A stretch of DNA of 61,712 nt, filler included. It is 10 parts of 10 records of this genome, joined end to end, with 100 filler letters (N's around TTAATTAATTAA, not from the genome) between each part and the next. Parts side by side here need not be neighbours in the genome. Positions count along the whole stretch, not along the records: positions 38,389 to 43,570 come from SRR31147125_40763; positions 43,671 to 48,726 come from SRR31147125_40764; positions 48,827 to 54,781 come from SRR31147125_40794; 7 more parts are not named here. One strand, 5' to 3'. Below the pieces are notes generated by a model. It did no database searches. It saw only the letters and a list, made by a program, of their open reading frames with translations, and was not told the origin of the DNA. Positions 41,938 to 52,344 of this stretch are shown here, piece by piece; position 1 is the stretch's first letter, and every line of letters begins with the position of its first letter. Made by a program: the position numbers and the translations under genes.

Positions 41938-43545
41938 CTACTTTAAATATAGTAGTTTATAAGATGTGCTTGAGTTACTGATACTAAAATTCAAGATATA
42001 TACACCGGATGAAAGTTGTGTGGGTCTCCATTCAATTTCATAGTGTCCGGAATTCAAGTGTTTCTTTAGAATATCTGCAATTTTAACACCTTCAAGCGAA
42101 TAAATTGATATTTGAGCCATAGCATTTTCATAAATGTTAAAGCTGATTCTGGTTTCAGGATTAAAAGGATTCGGATATATACCATTAAATTTGAAGCTAA
42201 TATCTTCAACCAGATCTTCTTCCTCAACGGTGATCTCTTTAACTTCAGAAACCGAAATGGTCCCTGAATAAGAAATATCTTTCAATCTATAGAAATACTT
42301 TGTTCCGGGACGAACATTCGTATCCTGAAATTCATAGGAGAACTCTTCACTTGTCGTTCCTTCACCCGGAGTGCTGTATATGATCTTCCAGTCCTCGTTT
42401 TCTTGCTTTTTTTCCAAAACAAAGGATGCATTTTCTGTTTGACTTGCGGTCACCCAGTTGATAATTACTGATCCCATATCATGATTCAGGTTAAATTTGG
42501 ATAATTCAATGTCTGTTGAAGCATCGCTCATGGTCGAAACGATTTGAATATCTGTCCAGGGTTCGGTATTGATATTTTCTCCATCGTAATGCCCCTTAAC
42601 CCTGAAATAGTAAGTCCCGGGGTCAACATTATCAAGTACTAAATAATCTGTTTCAACATCATAAATAGGAAAACCGCTCAATGACGCGGAAAAACTTGTA
42701 TCAATAGATACATCCACACAATAGGAATCAAAATCTGGAGAGGAAACCCAAGGAAGCACAAAACGGTCAAAGGTAATATCATAAGGTTGTATGGCGGCTA
42801 GATGTGAATAGGACAGTTGCCATGAAGAATCTGTCATATTTTCCAGCTTTCCATGATTCAAATTCAGGCTTGAATCGATCAAAACAGAATCTGCTTCCTG
42901 ATCGAAGGTATAATAACCTTGTAATCCCATAGCGTCATTACTGATGGTTTTATTAATGTTCTCTCTGATCTCTTCTCTGGTCCTGACAACCGACCAGAAA
43001 CGCACATCATCAAGTTGTCCTTTTATAGCTCTTAAAAAAGGATAGTCATAATAGGCGCCCAACATCACACCATAAGGTCTGAATGTTTCCGGATATTCAA
43101 GGTATATGTAACAATCTGCTTTTTTTACAACTTGACCGTTAAGATATGCAACTACATTTTCATCGTTTTTGTATTTATCATACGATACAGCGAGATGATA
43201 CCAAATATTCTCTTTAATATCTTCCAACTGCATTTCAAAGCTTTTATCAAAATTACCCATTTTGATAGCGATGCGATTACTATCCATAGTAAAAATTCCG
43301 TAACCAAAAAAATAATCTTCATGTAAATTTTTGGTTGTAAAATCGATCAAAGCTGCTGAATCAATAAACTCGGAAATATTAAACCAGCACTCCAAGGTGA
43401 ACCGATTCGAGAATTCCAAAGGATCATCCTCAATATAGACATAATCGTCAACATCCTCAAAAACGAGACAATTGGAAGGAGATTCAGCAAAAAGTAATGC
43501 GGTTAATACAATAATAAACGCTATGATGTATCTTAAATGCTTCAT
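41938..43545 (-). CDS. Secreted LamG-like jellyroll + FN3-like protein with T9SS-A/FlgD-like C-terminal sorting domain
   Basis: FTLECW, WYHLAVSYD, GQLDDVRFWS; C-terminal YPNPFNPET...LSSGVY...KLLYLK. Confidence 0.82.
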   Translation of the reverse strand: MKHLRYIIAFIIVLTALLFAESPSNCLVFEDVDDYVYIEDDPLEFSNRFTLECWFNISEFIDSAALIDFTTKNLHEDYFFGYGIFTMDSNRIAIKMGNFDKSFEMQLEDIKENIWYHLAVSYDKYKNDENVVAYLNGQVVKKADCYIYLEYPETFRPYGVMLGAYYDYPFLRAIKGQLDDVRFWSVVRTREEIRENINKTISNDAMGLQGYYTFDQEADSVLIDSSLNLNHGKLENMTDSSWQLSYSHLAAIQPYDITFDRFVLPWVSSPDFDSYCVDVSIDTSFSASLSGFPIYDVETDYLVLDNVDPGTYYFRVKGHYDGENINTEPWTDIQIVSTMSDASTDIELSKFNLNHDMGSVIINWVTASQTENASFVLEKKQENEDWKIIYSTPGEGTTSEEFSYEFQDTNVRPGTKYFYRLKDISYSGTISVSEVKEITVEEEDLVEDISFKFNGIYPNPFNPETRISFNIYENAMAQISIYSLEGVKIADILKKHLNSGHYEIEWRPTQLSSGVYILNFSISNSSTSYKLLYLK

Positions 43546-43670
43546 AAAACCTATGTTACTAATGTTAAATNNNNNNNNNNNNNNNNNNNNNNNNNNNNNN
43601 NNNNNNNNNNNNNNTTAATTAATTAANNNNNNNNNNNNNNNNNNNNNNNNNNNNNNNNNNNNNNNNNNNN

Positions 43671-44277
43671 AGCATTTATTTTGGGTGAAGAATTTATTGG
43701 TGATGATGAAGTATGCCTTATCCTGGGTGATAATATATTTTATGGCAGCGGTCTGCCTCAAATGCTGAGAGAAGCAGTCGTGCAGACAGAAAAAGAACAA
43801 GTCGCGACGATCTTTGGATATTATGTTAAAGATCCTGAACGTTATGGTGTCGCAGAGACCGATGAAAAAGGGAATGTCCTTTCTCTTGAAGAAAAACCCA
43901 AAGATCCCAAGAGCAATTTTGCCGTTGTAGGACTTTATATTTATCCGAATTCCGTTGTCGAAGTAGCAAAAAACGTTAAACCTTCTGCAAGGGGTGAACT
44001 TGAGATCACATCGGTCAATCAAGCTTATCTTGAAGCTGATAATTTGAAGATGGAATTCATGGGACGAGGCTTCGCCTGGCTAGATACCGGTACTCATGAA
44101 GCCATGGCAGATGCCACTATGTACATTCAGGCCATAGAAAAACGACAGGGCTTAAAGATTTCCTGTTTGGAAGAGATCGCCTGGCGCAAAGGCTTTATTT
44201 CTAAAGAAAAAATGAAAGAAGCCGGGGAAGTGATGGGAAAGAATAATTACGGACAATATCTGTTGGAACTGGAATGA
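43671..44277 (+). CDS. rfbA: Glucose-1-phosphate thymidylyltransferase; 5' truncated
   Basis: LILGDNIFYG, DPERYGV, EEKP, SARGELEIT, AWLDTGT. Confidence 0.95.
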
Positions 44278-44675
44278 AAATAGAAATAATTGATTTTAAA
44301 ACTTTAGGAGATGAACGTGGATCTTTGATCGCTTTGGAAGGATCAAAGAACATTCCTTTTGATATTAAAAGAGTTTATTATATTTATGCGACAAAACAAG
44401 ATGTAAGCAGGGGTTTTCATGCGCATAAGAATTTAAGACAAGTCGCTGTATGTGTTAAAGGTAGTTGTCGTTTTGTTTTAGATAATGGGGATGAAAGAGT
44501 AAGCGTTTTATTAGATGATCCTGCAAAAGGTTTGATCATAAATGAAATGATGTGGCGGGAAATGTACGATTTCTCAAATGATTGTGTGTTAATGGTCCTC
44601 GCGTCGGATTTTTATGATGAAGACGATTATATTAGAGATCATGAAGAATTCCTTAAACTGGGAGGTAAAACATGA
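44274..44675 (+). CDS. fdtA: dTDP-4-keto-6-deoxyglucose 3,4-ketoisomerase (FdtA/QdtA cupin)
   Basis: DERGSL, IPFDIKRVYY, RGFHAHK, LASDFYDEDDYIR. Confidence 0.88.
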   Translation: MKIEIIDFKTLGDERGSLIALEGSKNIPFDIKRVYYIYATKQDVSRGFHAHKNLRQVAVCVKGSCRFVLDNGDERVSVLLDDPAKGLIINEMMWREMYDFSNDCVLMVLASDFYDEDDYIRDHEEFLKLGGKT

Positions 44676-45178
44676 TAGCAAGTAAAATGGGAAGTTATTT
44701 TGAAGAATTTGAAAAAGGTCAGATTATAAAGCACTCCCTTTCTAAAACGATCTTTGAAAGCGATAACAATCAGTTTTCACTCATGACCATGAATCATCAT
44801 CCCGTGCATACGAATGTTGATTATGCCAAAGAAAATCAGCATGGAAAGGTCCTTGTTGTCGGCACGCTGGTCTTTAGTCTTGCCGTCGGGATCACCGTAC
44901 CGGATATCAGTGGAAAAGCTATTGCAAATCTTTTATATGAGGATATTAAACACTTAGCTCCGGTTTTTATCGGTGATACGGTTTATTGCCGTACTGAAGT
45001 GTTGGATGTCAGGGAATCCAGATCTAAGGATGACCGTGGTATCGTTTACGTTGAAACCATAGCATACAATCAGGATGGAACGGATATACTTTCGTTCAGA
45101 AGAAAAGTCCTGATCAAAAAAAGGAGCAAAAATAATGGATTATCTTTTAAGGAGTTTAATGTTTGTTCCGGGACATAA
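44672..45178 (+). CDS. MaoC-family acyl-CoA (de)hydratase
   Basis: GSYFEEF, DNNQFSLMTMNHHPVH (Asp/His dyad), APVFIGDT. Confidence 0.88.
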   Translation: MIASKMGSYFEEFEKGQIIKHSLSKTIFESDNNQFSLMTMNHHPVHTNVDYAKENQHGKVLVVGTLVFSLAVGITVPDISGKAIANLLYEDIKHLAPVFIGDTVYCRTEVLDVRESRSKDDRGIVYVETIAYNQDGTDILSFRRKVLIKKRSKNNGLSFKEFNVCSGT

Positions 45179-46013
45179 TGAGCGTTTGATGAATTCCGCT
45201 GCACGATCAGATGCCGATGTGTTGTTGCTGGATATTGAAGACTCGGTGCAACCTGTTGAGAACAAACAGATCGCCAGAGATACGGTTAAAAAGTATGTAT
45301 CTGAAGGTCAATTTGATAAATATCATGTATTTCCACGGATCAACGATAGGGAAAGCGGTGAATTATTGCATGATCTAATGCAACTTACCATTGACGGTAT
45401 CGACGGTTTTATGTACCCTAAAGCTCAAGATGGAAAAGACATATATTTTATTGACAAACTGCTTGAAACCATTGAGTACGAAAAAGGTATTGAAGTCGGG
45501 ACCTTTAAACTGATCCCTCTGATAGAAACCGCATCGGCTGCATTGCATGCTGAAGAGATTTGCGCAGCCTCTGACCGTGTTATTGCTATCGCATTCGGAT
45601 GTGAGGATTATATCGCTGATCTTGAAGGTATTCATGATGAAAAACATCAAAGCCTGGAAGTTCCAAGAGCATTGATCGCTATGGCAGCCAGGGCACAAAA
45701 TAAGATCCCTGTCGATACGGTACATATCAATGTACATGATCTTGAAGATCTGGAAGAGAATCTGATAACAGCCAAAAATCTTGGATTTGAGGGCATGTTG
45801 GTGCTACATCCTAAGGAATTGCCTTTGGTTCATGGTTATTTTTCACCCTCGGAACAGGAAGTTGCCGATGCACGTGAAATGCTTGAACTATTTGATGAAG
45901 CACAAAAAAGTGGTAAGGGTGTTGCCATTATGGATGGTAAATTCATTGGTCCACCTATGGTTATCACGGCTAAAAAAGTACTGAAAAAACAAGAATTGAT
46001 CGAAGGAAAATAA
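45135..46013 (+). CDS. CitE/HpcH-family acyl-CoA C-C lyase
   Basis: RSLMFVPG, LDIEDSV, PRIN, LIET, FGCEDY, LHPKEL. Confidence 0.9.
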   Translation: MDYLLRSLMFVPGHNERLMNSAARSDADVLLLDIEDSVQPVENKQIARDTVKKYVSEGQFDKYHVFPRINDRESGELLHDLMQLTIDGIDGFMYPKAQDGKDIYFIDKLLETIEYEKGIEVGTFKLIPLIETASAALHAEEICAASDRVIAIAFGCEDYIADLEGIHDEKHQSLEVPRALIAMAARAQNKIPVDTVHINVHDLEDLEENLITAKNLGFEGMLVLHPKELPLVHGYFSPSEQEVADAREMLELFDEAQKSGKGVAIMDGKFIGPPMVITAKKVLKKQELIEGK

Positions 46014-46016
46014 GAT

Positions 46017-46697
46017 ATGAGTAAAAAGGTCATTATTCTTGGAGGCGAAGGAAATGGCGGTGTAGTTGCCGCTTGTATTCGCGATATGAATGAGCGATAT
46101 AATGATCATGAATATGAGGTTATGGGTTTTTTGAACGATATGGAAGAGACCGGCTCAGAGATCAATGGATATCCTGTTCTGGGTAAAACTTTAGACCATG
46201 TTAAATTTCATGACGATAAAAATATTTACTTTATGTTTGCTATTCATCCTGTAGGTCATGGCTCTCTGCGAGTTGATCTGTTCAATAAACTGGGTATACC
46301 GGAAGAAAAACTCGCGGTGATCGTTCATCCCTCGGCGTTCGTGGGTTATAATGCAGAGATAAAATCCGGTGCAATGGTAATGGCTAATTCCTATGTGGGA
46401 CCAGGTGCTAAGATCGGTAAATGTGCTTTACTAATGTCTAATACAGTTGTTGGACACAATACGGATGTTGGTGATTATTGTCACATATCCGTTGGTTCAG
46501 TCGTTTCATCCTACGTTAAGATGGGAACGGCCTCGGATGTAGCATTAAATGCAACCGTATTGGAAAAAATCGTAATTGAAGAATACGCTGTTGTAGGAGC
46601 GGGAGCAATGATCACAAAGCATGTTAATAAAAACGAGATTGTGGTTGGAAATCCACAACGGGTTCTTAGGCTTGCCACTGACAAGAGAAGATATTAA
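46017..46697 (+). CDS. NeuD/PglD-like hexapeptide-repeat sugar acyltransferase
   Basis: ILGGEGNG Rossmann-like N-terminus, IVHPSA, left-handed beta-helix repeats, VVGNP. Confidence 0.85.
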   Translation: MSKKVIILGGEGNGGVVAACIRDMNERYNDHEYEVMGFLNDMEETGSEINGYPVLGKTLDHVKFHDDKNIYFMFAIHPVGHGSLRVDLFNKLGIPEEKLAVIVHPSAFVGYNAEIKSGAMVMANSYVGPGAKIGKCALLMSNTVVGHNTDVGDYCHISVGSVVSSYVKMGTASDVALNATVLEKIVIEEYAVVGAGAMITKHVNKNEIVVGNPQRVLRLATDKRRY

Positions 46698-46706
46698 AGG
46701 ATATCA

Positions 46707-47792
46707 ATGATTAAATTCCTTGATCTGAAAAATATAAATCTTCAATATGAAGATGAATTTAAAGAAGCATTCGAAAGAGTGCTTCATTCCGGTTGGTTCA
46801 TTATGGGTGAAGAGCTTGGAGCCTTTGAAAAGGAATTTGCAGCATATTGTGGTGTTAATAATTGTATTGGTGTTGGCAATGGTTTAGATGCATTACATTT
46901 GATCCTCAAAGCTTATGGTATTGGAGAAGGAGATGAGGTAATTGTCCCTTCAAATACTTTTATTGCTACATGGTTAGCAGTTTCATATGCCGGTGCGACT
47001 CCCATTCCAGTTGAACCCGACATCAAAACATACAATATCGATCCGACGCTTATTGAAGAAAAGATCACTGATAGAACGAAAGCTATCATTCCTGTTCATC
47101 TTTATGGGCAACCGGCAGACATGGATCCGATTATTGAAATTGCACGAAAATACGCTCTTAAAGTGATTGAAGACGCAGCTCAAGCTCAGGGTGCATTTTA
47201 TAAAGGTAGGCGTACCGGTTCATTGGGAGATGCCGCCGGCTTTAGTTTTTATCCCGGAAAGAATCTTGGAGCTCTCGGTGATGGTGGTGCTATGACGACT
47301 AACGATCAGGAATTAGCTGAAAAGATCAGAATACTCAGAAATTACGGGTCCAAGAAGAAATATGATCATGAGGTCAAAGGATACAATAGTAGATTGGATG
47401 AATTACAGGCTGCTTTTCTTCGAATAAAATTAAGACATTTGGATCAAGAAAATGAAAAGAGAAATACTATTGCCAGATTGTATTTAGAAGGTATAAATAA
47501 CAATAAATTATTATTACCGGGTATTCATCCTGATGTTGATCCGGTATGGCATGTCTTTACAATAAGAGGTAATAATAGAATTCTCCTGGAAGAATATCTT
47601 GCTGATAATAAGATTGATACGGTGATTCATTATCCAACAGCCCCAAATGAACAAAAGGCTTATTCAAATTTAAATTCCATGAAATTACCTCTCGCTCATA
47701 AGATACACAATGAAATTATAAGTATTCCTATCAGTAGTATCATGCCCAAAGAAGATGTTGAATACATTATTTCAAAACTCAATAAATTTTAA
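46707..47792 (+). CDS. fdtB: DegT/FdtB-family PLP aminotransferase
   Basis: [45 protein letters not shown]. Confidence 0.85.
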   Translation: MIKFLDLKNINLQYEDEFKEAFERVLHSGWFIMGEELGAFEKEFAAYCGVNNCIGVGNGLDALHLILKAYGIGEGDEVIVPSNTFIATWLAVSYAGATPIPVEPDIKTYNIDPTLIEEKITDRTKAIIPVHLYGQPADMDPIIEIARKYALKVIEDAAQAQGAFYKGRRTGSLGDAAGFSFYPGKNLGALGDGGAMTTNDQELAEKIRILRNYGSKKKYDHEVKGYNSRLDELQAAFLRIKLRHLDQENEKRNTIARLYLEGINNNKLLLPGIHPDVDPVWHVFTIRGNNRILLEEYLADNKIDTVIHYPTAPNEQKAYSNLNSMKLPLAHKIHNEIISIPISSIMPKEDVEYIISKLNKF

Positions 47793-47797
47793 ATAAA

Positions 47798-48685
47798 ATG
47801 TCAAAAATATTTGTTCATATAGGTCTGCCCAAGACAGCCACAACAACATTACAAAAAGACATATTTCCTTCAATGAATGGTAAAAAAATTAATTACCTTG
47901 GTATTAAATATCCTAGAGAAACTGAACAAACAGAGCTTTATAGATCATTTTATTCATCTATTTCAACCGGTCAGGATTTCTCAAAAACAAAAGAGTTGAT
48001 CGAAAATGAATTGAAGAATGGTGAAAATATACTAATCTCAGAAGAAATGATCGTTTTATCCTCACTTAATACCAGTTGGTCAAAAAAAATAGAAAATCTT
48101 TACAATATTATCAGTGATTTTGATTATAAAGTGATCGTAACAGTTCGTGAACCTGCAAAAGCTCTGTTTTCATATTATGTGGAAATTTATCAGCATTTTA
48201 AGAACATTCCTTTCATGAAAGCAGCCTTGGAAAATGATTATTTAAAAATATTTCACTATAAAGTATTCTTTTCAAGATTAAGTGAATTGTTCAAAAAAGA
48301 AAATATATTCATAAAGAAATTTGAAGAAATAATTGATCATGATATTGATGATCTTTTGGAATATTTAGAAATAGATACGATAAAATTAATTGAAATTGAT
48401 AAACACAATGTAAAAAGCATTAATGATGGTAAGGTTAAAAAGCAATATAATGAGACTCTACTATCAAAAATTTTGGTGATATATAGAAAGATCGGTTTGA
48501 ATCGAGTTTTTAAAGGGATAAAAGATAATAAAATTCTGAAAAAAATAATGTCTAAGGCAAAGAATGTTTCATTTAATAAAAACTTTGATATACCTATTCC
48601 TGATGAAACAGAAATGAAGAGTTTAAGAAATAAACTAAATGAACAAAATGAATATTTATTCAAAGAGTTTGGTATAAAATATTAA
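47798..48685 (+). CDS. Sulfotransferase-like P-loop protein
   Basis: HIGLPKTATTTLQ 5'-PAPS-binding motif; ISEE; TVREP...SYY. Confidence 0.7.
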   Translation: MSKIFVHIGLPKTATTTLQKDIFPSMNGKKINYLGIKYPRETEQTELYRSFYSSISTGQDFSKTKELIENELKNGENILISEEMIVLSSLNTSWSKKIENLYNIISDFDYKVIVTVREPAKALFSYYVEIYQHFKNIPFMKAALENDYLKIFHYKVFFSRLSELFKKENIFIKKFEEIIDHDIDDLLEYLEIDTIKLIEIDKHNVKSINDGKVKKQYNETLLSKILVIYRKIGLNRVFKGIKDNKILKKIMSKAKNVSFNKNFDIPIPDETEMKSLRNKLNEQNEYLFKEFGIKY

Positions 48686-48826
48686 GGATTATTAAGGAAA
48701 ATGACCCAAAAGAATATGAGCAGGGGNNNNNNNNNNNNNNNNNNNNNNNNNNNNNNNNNNNNNNNNNNNNTTAATTAATTAANNNNNNNNNNNNNNNNNN
48801 NNNNNNNNNNNNNNNNNNNNNNNNNN

Positions 48827-48963
48827 ATGCACGCAATGCCCTGCGCATGGATTATGTAATGGCCGGGATGATCGTTATCGGATTGATTGGAATTGTATTG
48901 GATGCGCTGATGCGGAAATTGGGAGACATTGAATCGGCAAGTTGGGGAATAAAGATGCGATAG
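48827..48963 (+). CDS. 3' fragment of a NitT/TauT ABC permease
   Basis: ARNALRMDYVMAGMIVIGLIGIVLDALMR...-stop at 48961-48963. Confidence 0.8.
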
Positions 48964-49015
48964 ACCTCTGCGATTGAAAGAGGCTGCGCGACTGTTCTGG
49001 AAACGGTATCAGCTT

Positions 49016-49813
49016 ATGAGCTATATCAAGATCGACAATCTTACAAAGATTTACATGGGACGGCGAAGAAAGCCTCGCAGCATCTACGATCCCGTAGAAC
49101 AATCGGGTGACAATGTGCTGGTGCTTAACAAGATCAGTATGGCCTTCGAAGAGGGGGAGATGGTATGCATCCTGGGACCGTCCGGATGCGGTAAATCGAC
49201 CTTGTTGCGCATTATCGCCGGATTCGAACAACCCACCTATGGATCGGTGGTTGTTTCAGGCGAACAGGTGAGGGGGCCTTCGGATCAATCGATCTTTGTT
49301 TTTCAGCACAGTGGCCTCTATCCGTGGCTCACCGTATCTGAGAACGTAGGGCTTGCCCTTCGAAGTCTGTGCGATGAGAGTGAGAGGAAAGAGCGAATAC
49401 AGGAGTACATCGAAATCGTTGAACTGGAAGGTTTCGAAGATTATTATCCCCATCAACTTTCCGGGGGTATGCAACGGCGTGCAGAGCTGGGAAGAGCCAT
49501 CGCCGTCAATCCCAATTTGCTGATCATGGACGAACCCTTCAGTGGATTGGATTTTTTAACGCACATGAAAATGCGCGAAGAGGTGGTCAATATGCACGAA
49601 TTTATTCGAAAGACCACCCTCGTCGTAACTCATGATATTGATGATGCATTGATTATGGGGGATCGCATTGTCGTTCTCAGCGGTAGACCATCGGTGATCA
49701 AGCTGACGCATAAGCTTGACTTCCCACGTCCTCGGGATTTTGAAAGAGATCAGGAACTGAGCCGATTGCGCAGCGAAATCTTCCTGATGCTGGGGGTGCC
49801 GTATGCCGTTTAG
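49016..49813 (+). CDS. NitT/TauT-family ABC ATP-binding protein
   Basis: GPSGCGKST, QLSGGMQRR, MDEPF, VTHD; start set at ATG 49016. Confidence 0.92.
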   Translation: MSYIKIDNLTKIYMGRRRKPRSIYDPVEQSGDNVLVLNKISMAFEEGEMVCILGPSGCGKSTLLRIIAGFEQPTYGSVVVSGEQVRGPSDQSIFVFQHSGLYPWLTVSENVGLALRSLCDESERKERIQEYIEIVELEGFEDYYPHQLSGGMQRRAELGRAIAVNPNLLIMDEPFSGLDFLTHMKMREEVVNMHEFIRKTTLVVTHDIDDALIMGDRIVVLSGRPSVIKLTHKLDFPRPRDFERDQELSRLRSEIFLMLGVPYAV

Positions 49814-50858
49814 GCTGTCATCCATCAGAGCTGCCTGGCGTTCCTATCCTGTACGGCTTTGCTTTTTCTCCCTGCTGTGGTTCGTGATTATTACCGCCGC
49901 ACATTATTACCTCAATACGGATCGCGAGGAGCGACCTGTTTTGAAGATGGGGTATATGCCCGTCATTACCAATTTGGCCGCGCCGATACTCGATGCCGCC
50001 AGTACCGACACCTCATCTGAAATACGATTCAAGGCCGTGAAGTTTGCCTCATTCGCAGAAATGGCCGAAGCCCTGCGCAACAGTGAGATAGATGCGGCAT
50101 ATATTATCGCGCCTCTTTCGATTGTTCTGCATCAACAGGGGGCGGACGTGCGTGTCGTTTATATCGGCAATCGGCACGAAAGTACGTTGGTCGTACGAAA
50201 GGGGCTGGGAGCTTCATCCCTGACAGACCTGATGGGCCACACCGTCGCTGTTCCAATGCGCTATTCAGGGCACAATATTGCCTTGTTGAAAATGGCCGCT
50301 GAACAGGGAATTTCAAATAAAATTAATATTGTAGAGATGAATCCGCCGGATATGGCTTCTGCACTGGCGTCGGGTTCGTTAGACGCCTATTTTGTCGGTG
50401 AGCCATTCGCCGCTCAGACATTGAAGGACGGCACCAGCGAACTGTTCTTTTACGTTGAAACGGTGTGGCCCGATTTTATTTGCAATCTTCTTCTGGTGAC
50501 ACAGCGCTATGTCGATGCCCACCCCGATCGAGTGCAATTGCTTGTTGAAGGTGCCGCCCGCTCGGGGATTTGGGCACAGGCAAATATTACCCAGGCCGCA
50601 CAGATCGCTTCCAACTACTGGGGGCAGCCGGTCGATTTGGTCCAATATGCATTGACCAATCCAAAAAACCGGATTGTCTTCAATCGCTTTTTACCGGATG
50701 AAAGTGAGTTGAAAAAGATGGCCAAAGTGATGGTCGACTTCGGGTTGGCGGAAAATGACAATATCGATGGGTTGGTACTGGATCAATTTGCAAAAAGGGC
50801 GGACTTGACGCAACTATCTGATTTGAGTTCAGTGATAAGAACAGATGTGCAGAATTAA
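49803..50858 (+). CDS. NitT/TauT (CmpA/SsuA-like) ABC substrate-binding protein
   Basis: MGYMP, AEALR, PPDMASALASGSLDAYFVGEPF. Confidence 0.85.
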   Translation: MPFRLSSIRAAWRSYPVRLCFFSLLWFVIITAAHYYLNTDREERPVLKMGYMPVITNLAAPILDAASTDTSSEIRFKAVKFASFAEMAEALRNSEIDAAYIIAPLSIVLHQQGADVRVVYIGNRHESTLVVRKGLGASSLTDLMGHTVAVPMRYSGHNIALLKMAAEQGISNKINIVEMNPPDMASALASGSLDAYFVGEPFAAQTLKDGTSELFFYVETVWPDFICNLLLVTQRYVDAHPDRVQLLVEGAARSGIWAQANITQAAQIASNYWGQPVDLVQYALTNPKNRIVFNRFLPDESELKKMAKVMVDFGLAENDNIDGLVLDQFAKRADLTQLSDLSSVIRTDVQN

Positions 50859-51019
50859 CTATTTAGATCTGATAGACTATCGATATATATCGGCATGTTC
50901 ATGGGATAGTCGGCTTGGCCAGATCAAATTCAATAACAATAGAGTTTGTCTTGAGGGTGGTTCCCCCTCCCTTTCAATATGCCGTTAAAACTGAAGAATT
51001 TGATGGGAGGGGGCGGTCG

Positions 51020-51634
51020 TTATCCTTTGCGTAATAGATCCAGCTCTTTCTGCAGATCTGTCAATTGCGACTTCAACTCATCCACCTGCGCATTCAGTCG
51101 TTCTTCCACTTCATTCATTGCCTTCTTGAAATCTTGGTTTTCAAGGAGTGAGCCGACATCCGGTTGTCGGGGCGAAACGTCAGAAGTAACGGGAGAAGGA
51201 GAACCGGCTCTTTTCTGAACTTCTACCTGCTCCTTTAACTTTTTGAACGCCAGTATCTCTTTGGCGACAATCCGTTTTCGACTGACTTCATCCAGATCTT
51301 CGTTGCTAATCAATGATTCGATACTGGCAAAGACAGACATTACCCTCTTTATTGCGTCCTGGTGCGCCTGGGCCTTTCGTTTCTGGACATACCTGACCAG
51401 CGCTCGCAGCATGCGCAACAACGCATGGGTCGTCTGAACGTTTTGGTACGTCGGAAGAATGGCTTCGGTTTCATTGATCAAATCCGCAAGGCACTCGTCT
51501 GTGATTTCCCAATCGATGGACAATACCGCTGACTTAAGTTTCTCCAGGGATTTGGCAGTACCAGGTGCGGCCGTAGGGGCCTCCTCATCTTGCTCCCCAA
51601 AAAAATCATCCAAGCTGTTTTCGATATCGTTCAT
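51020..51634 (-). CDS. Hypothetical helical/coiled-coil protein downstream of mglA
   Basis: 204-aa ORF with IENSLDDFF, LKSAVLSIDWEI and a C-terminal coiled coil; co-oriented with mglBA. Confidence 0.75.
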   Translation of the reverse strand: MNDIENSLDDFFGEQDEEAPTAAPGTAKSLEKLKSAVLSIDWEITDECLADLINETEAILPTYQNVQTTHALLRMLRALVRYVQKRKAQAHQDAIKRVMSVFASIESLISNEDLDEVSRKRIVAKEILAFKKLKEQVEVQKRAGSPSPVTSDVSPRQPDVGSLLENQDFKKAMNEVEERLNAQVDELKSQLTDLQKELDLLRKG

Positions 51635-51672
51635 CAGTTTTGATTTCTCTTTTGTTCTCCAATACCGACCTC

Positions 51673-52281
51673 CTATGCTAAGTGATCCTGGAGAGATACA
51701 ATTGTTAAGGAAATTGCCTTTTTGGCCGTTGCGATCACATTGTCCCCTTTGATTGCACTGGCTTCGAAGTAGGGGGCGTTCAGATCGGAATTCAAGTCTT
51801 TTTGCATCGTTTCTATGTCGAGCAGTGCGACCCCATCATCTGCAAGATCGCGCTTGTTATACTGCAAAACAATAGGGAAATTGTCGTATAGATCTATGTC
51901 ATAGAAAGCCAGGTTTTCCTTCAAATTTTCAAGGGCCGTAATATTCTTCTCTCGCATGACTTCCATGGAATCGGCTACAAAAACGATACCATCGACCCCT
52001 TTGAGGACCAGTTTACGTGTTGCGTTATATTTGACTTGGCCAGGAACCGTATAAAGTTGAGTCTTGATCTTGTATCCCCGGATTTGCCCCAGTTCAAAGG
52101 GTAAAAAATCAAAGAACAAGGTCCTGTCGCCATGCGTTTTAATGCTGACCATATCGGATTGGATCCGGTGTCGGATATTTGCGAAGATAAAATCCAAATT
52201 GGTGGTTTTACCGCCCCGCCCCGGTCCTACATATACGATCTTGACCTGAACTTCACTTTTGCGAATATTAATAACCGCCAC
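51673..52281 (-). CDS. mglA: MglA-family small Ras-like GTPase
   Basis: KIVYVGPGRGGKTTN, DRTLFFDFLP, LYTVPGQ, QYNKRD, EASA. Confidence 0.93.
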   Translation of the reverse strand: MAVINIRKSEVQVKIVYVGPGRGGKTTNLDFIFANIRHRIQSDMVSIKTHGDRTLFFDFLPFELGQIRGYKIKTQLYTVPGQVKYNATRKLVLKGVDGIVFVADSMEVMREKNITALENLKENLAFYDIDLYDNFPIVLQYNKRDLADDGVALLDIETMQKDLNSDLNAPYFEASAIKGDNVIATAKKAISLTIVSLQDHLA

Positions 52282-52344
52282 GCGGGCATCCTCGCCTTTG
52301 GGTTAGCTGCGAAGTCAATCCCTAAGTGTGATTGAGTAAAACGT

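Noticed and set aside
50963-51013. CCCCCTCCC...GGGAGGGGG inverted repeat as a mobile element end
   Set aside because: It lies between convergent genes right after a stop codon, so a terminator or stability hairpin is the simpler explanation.
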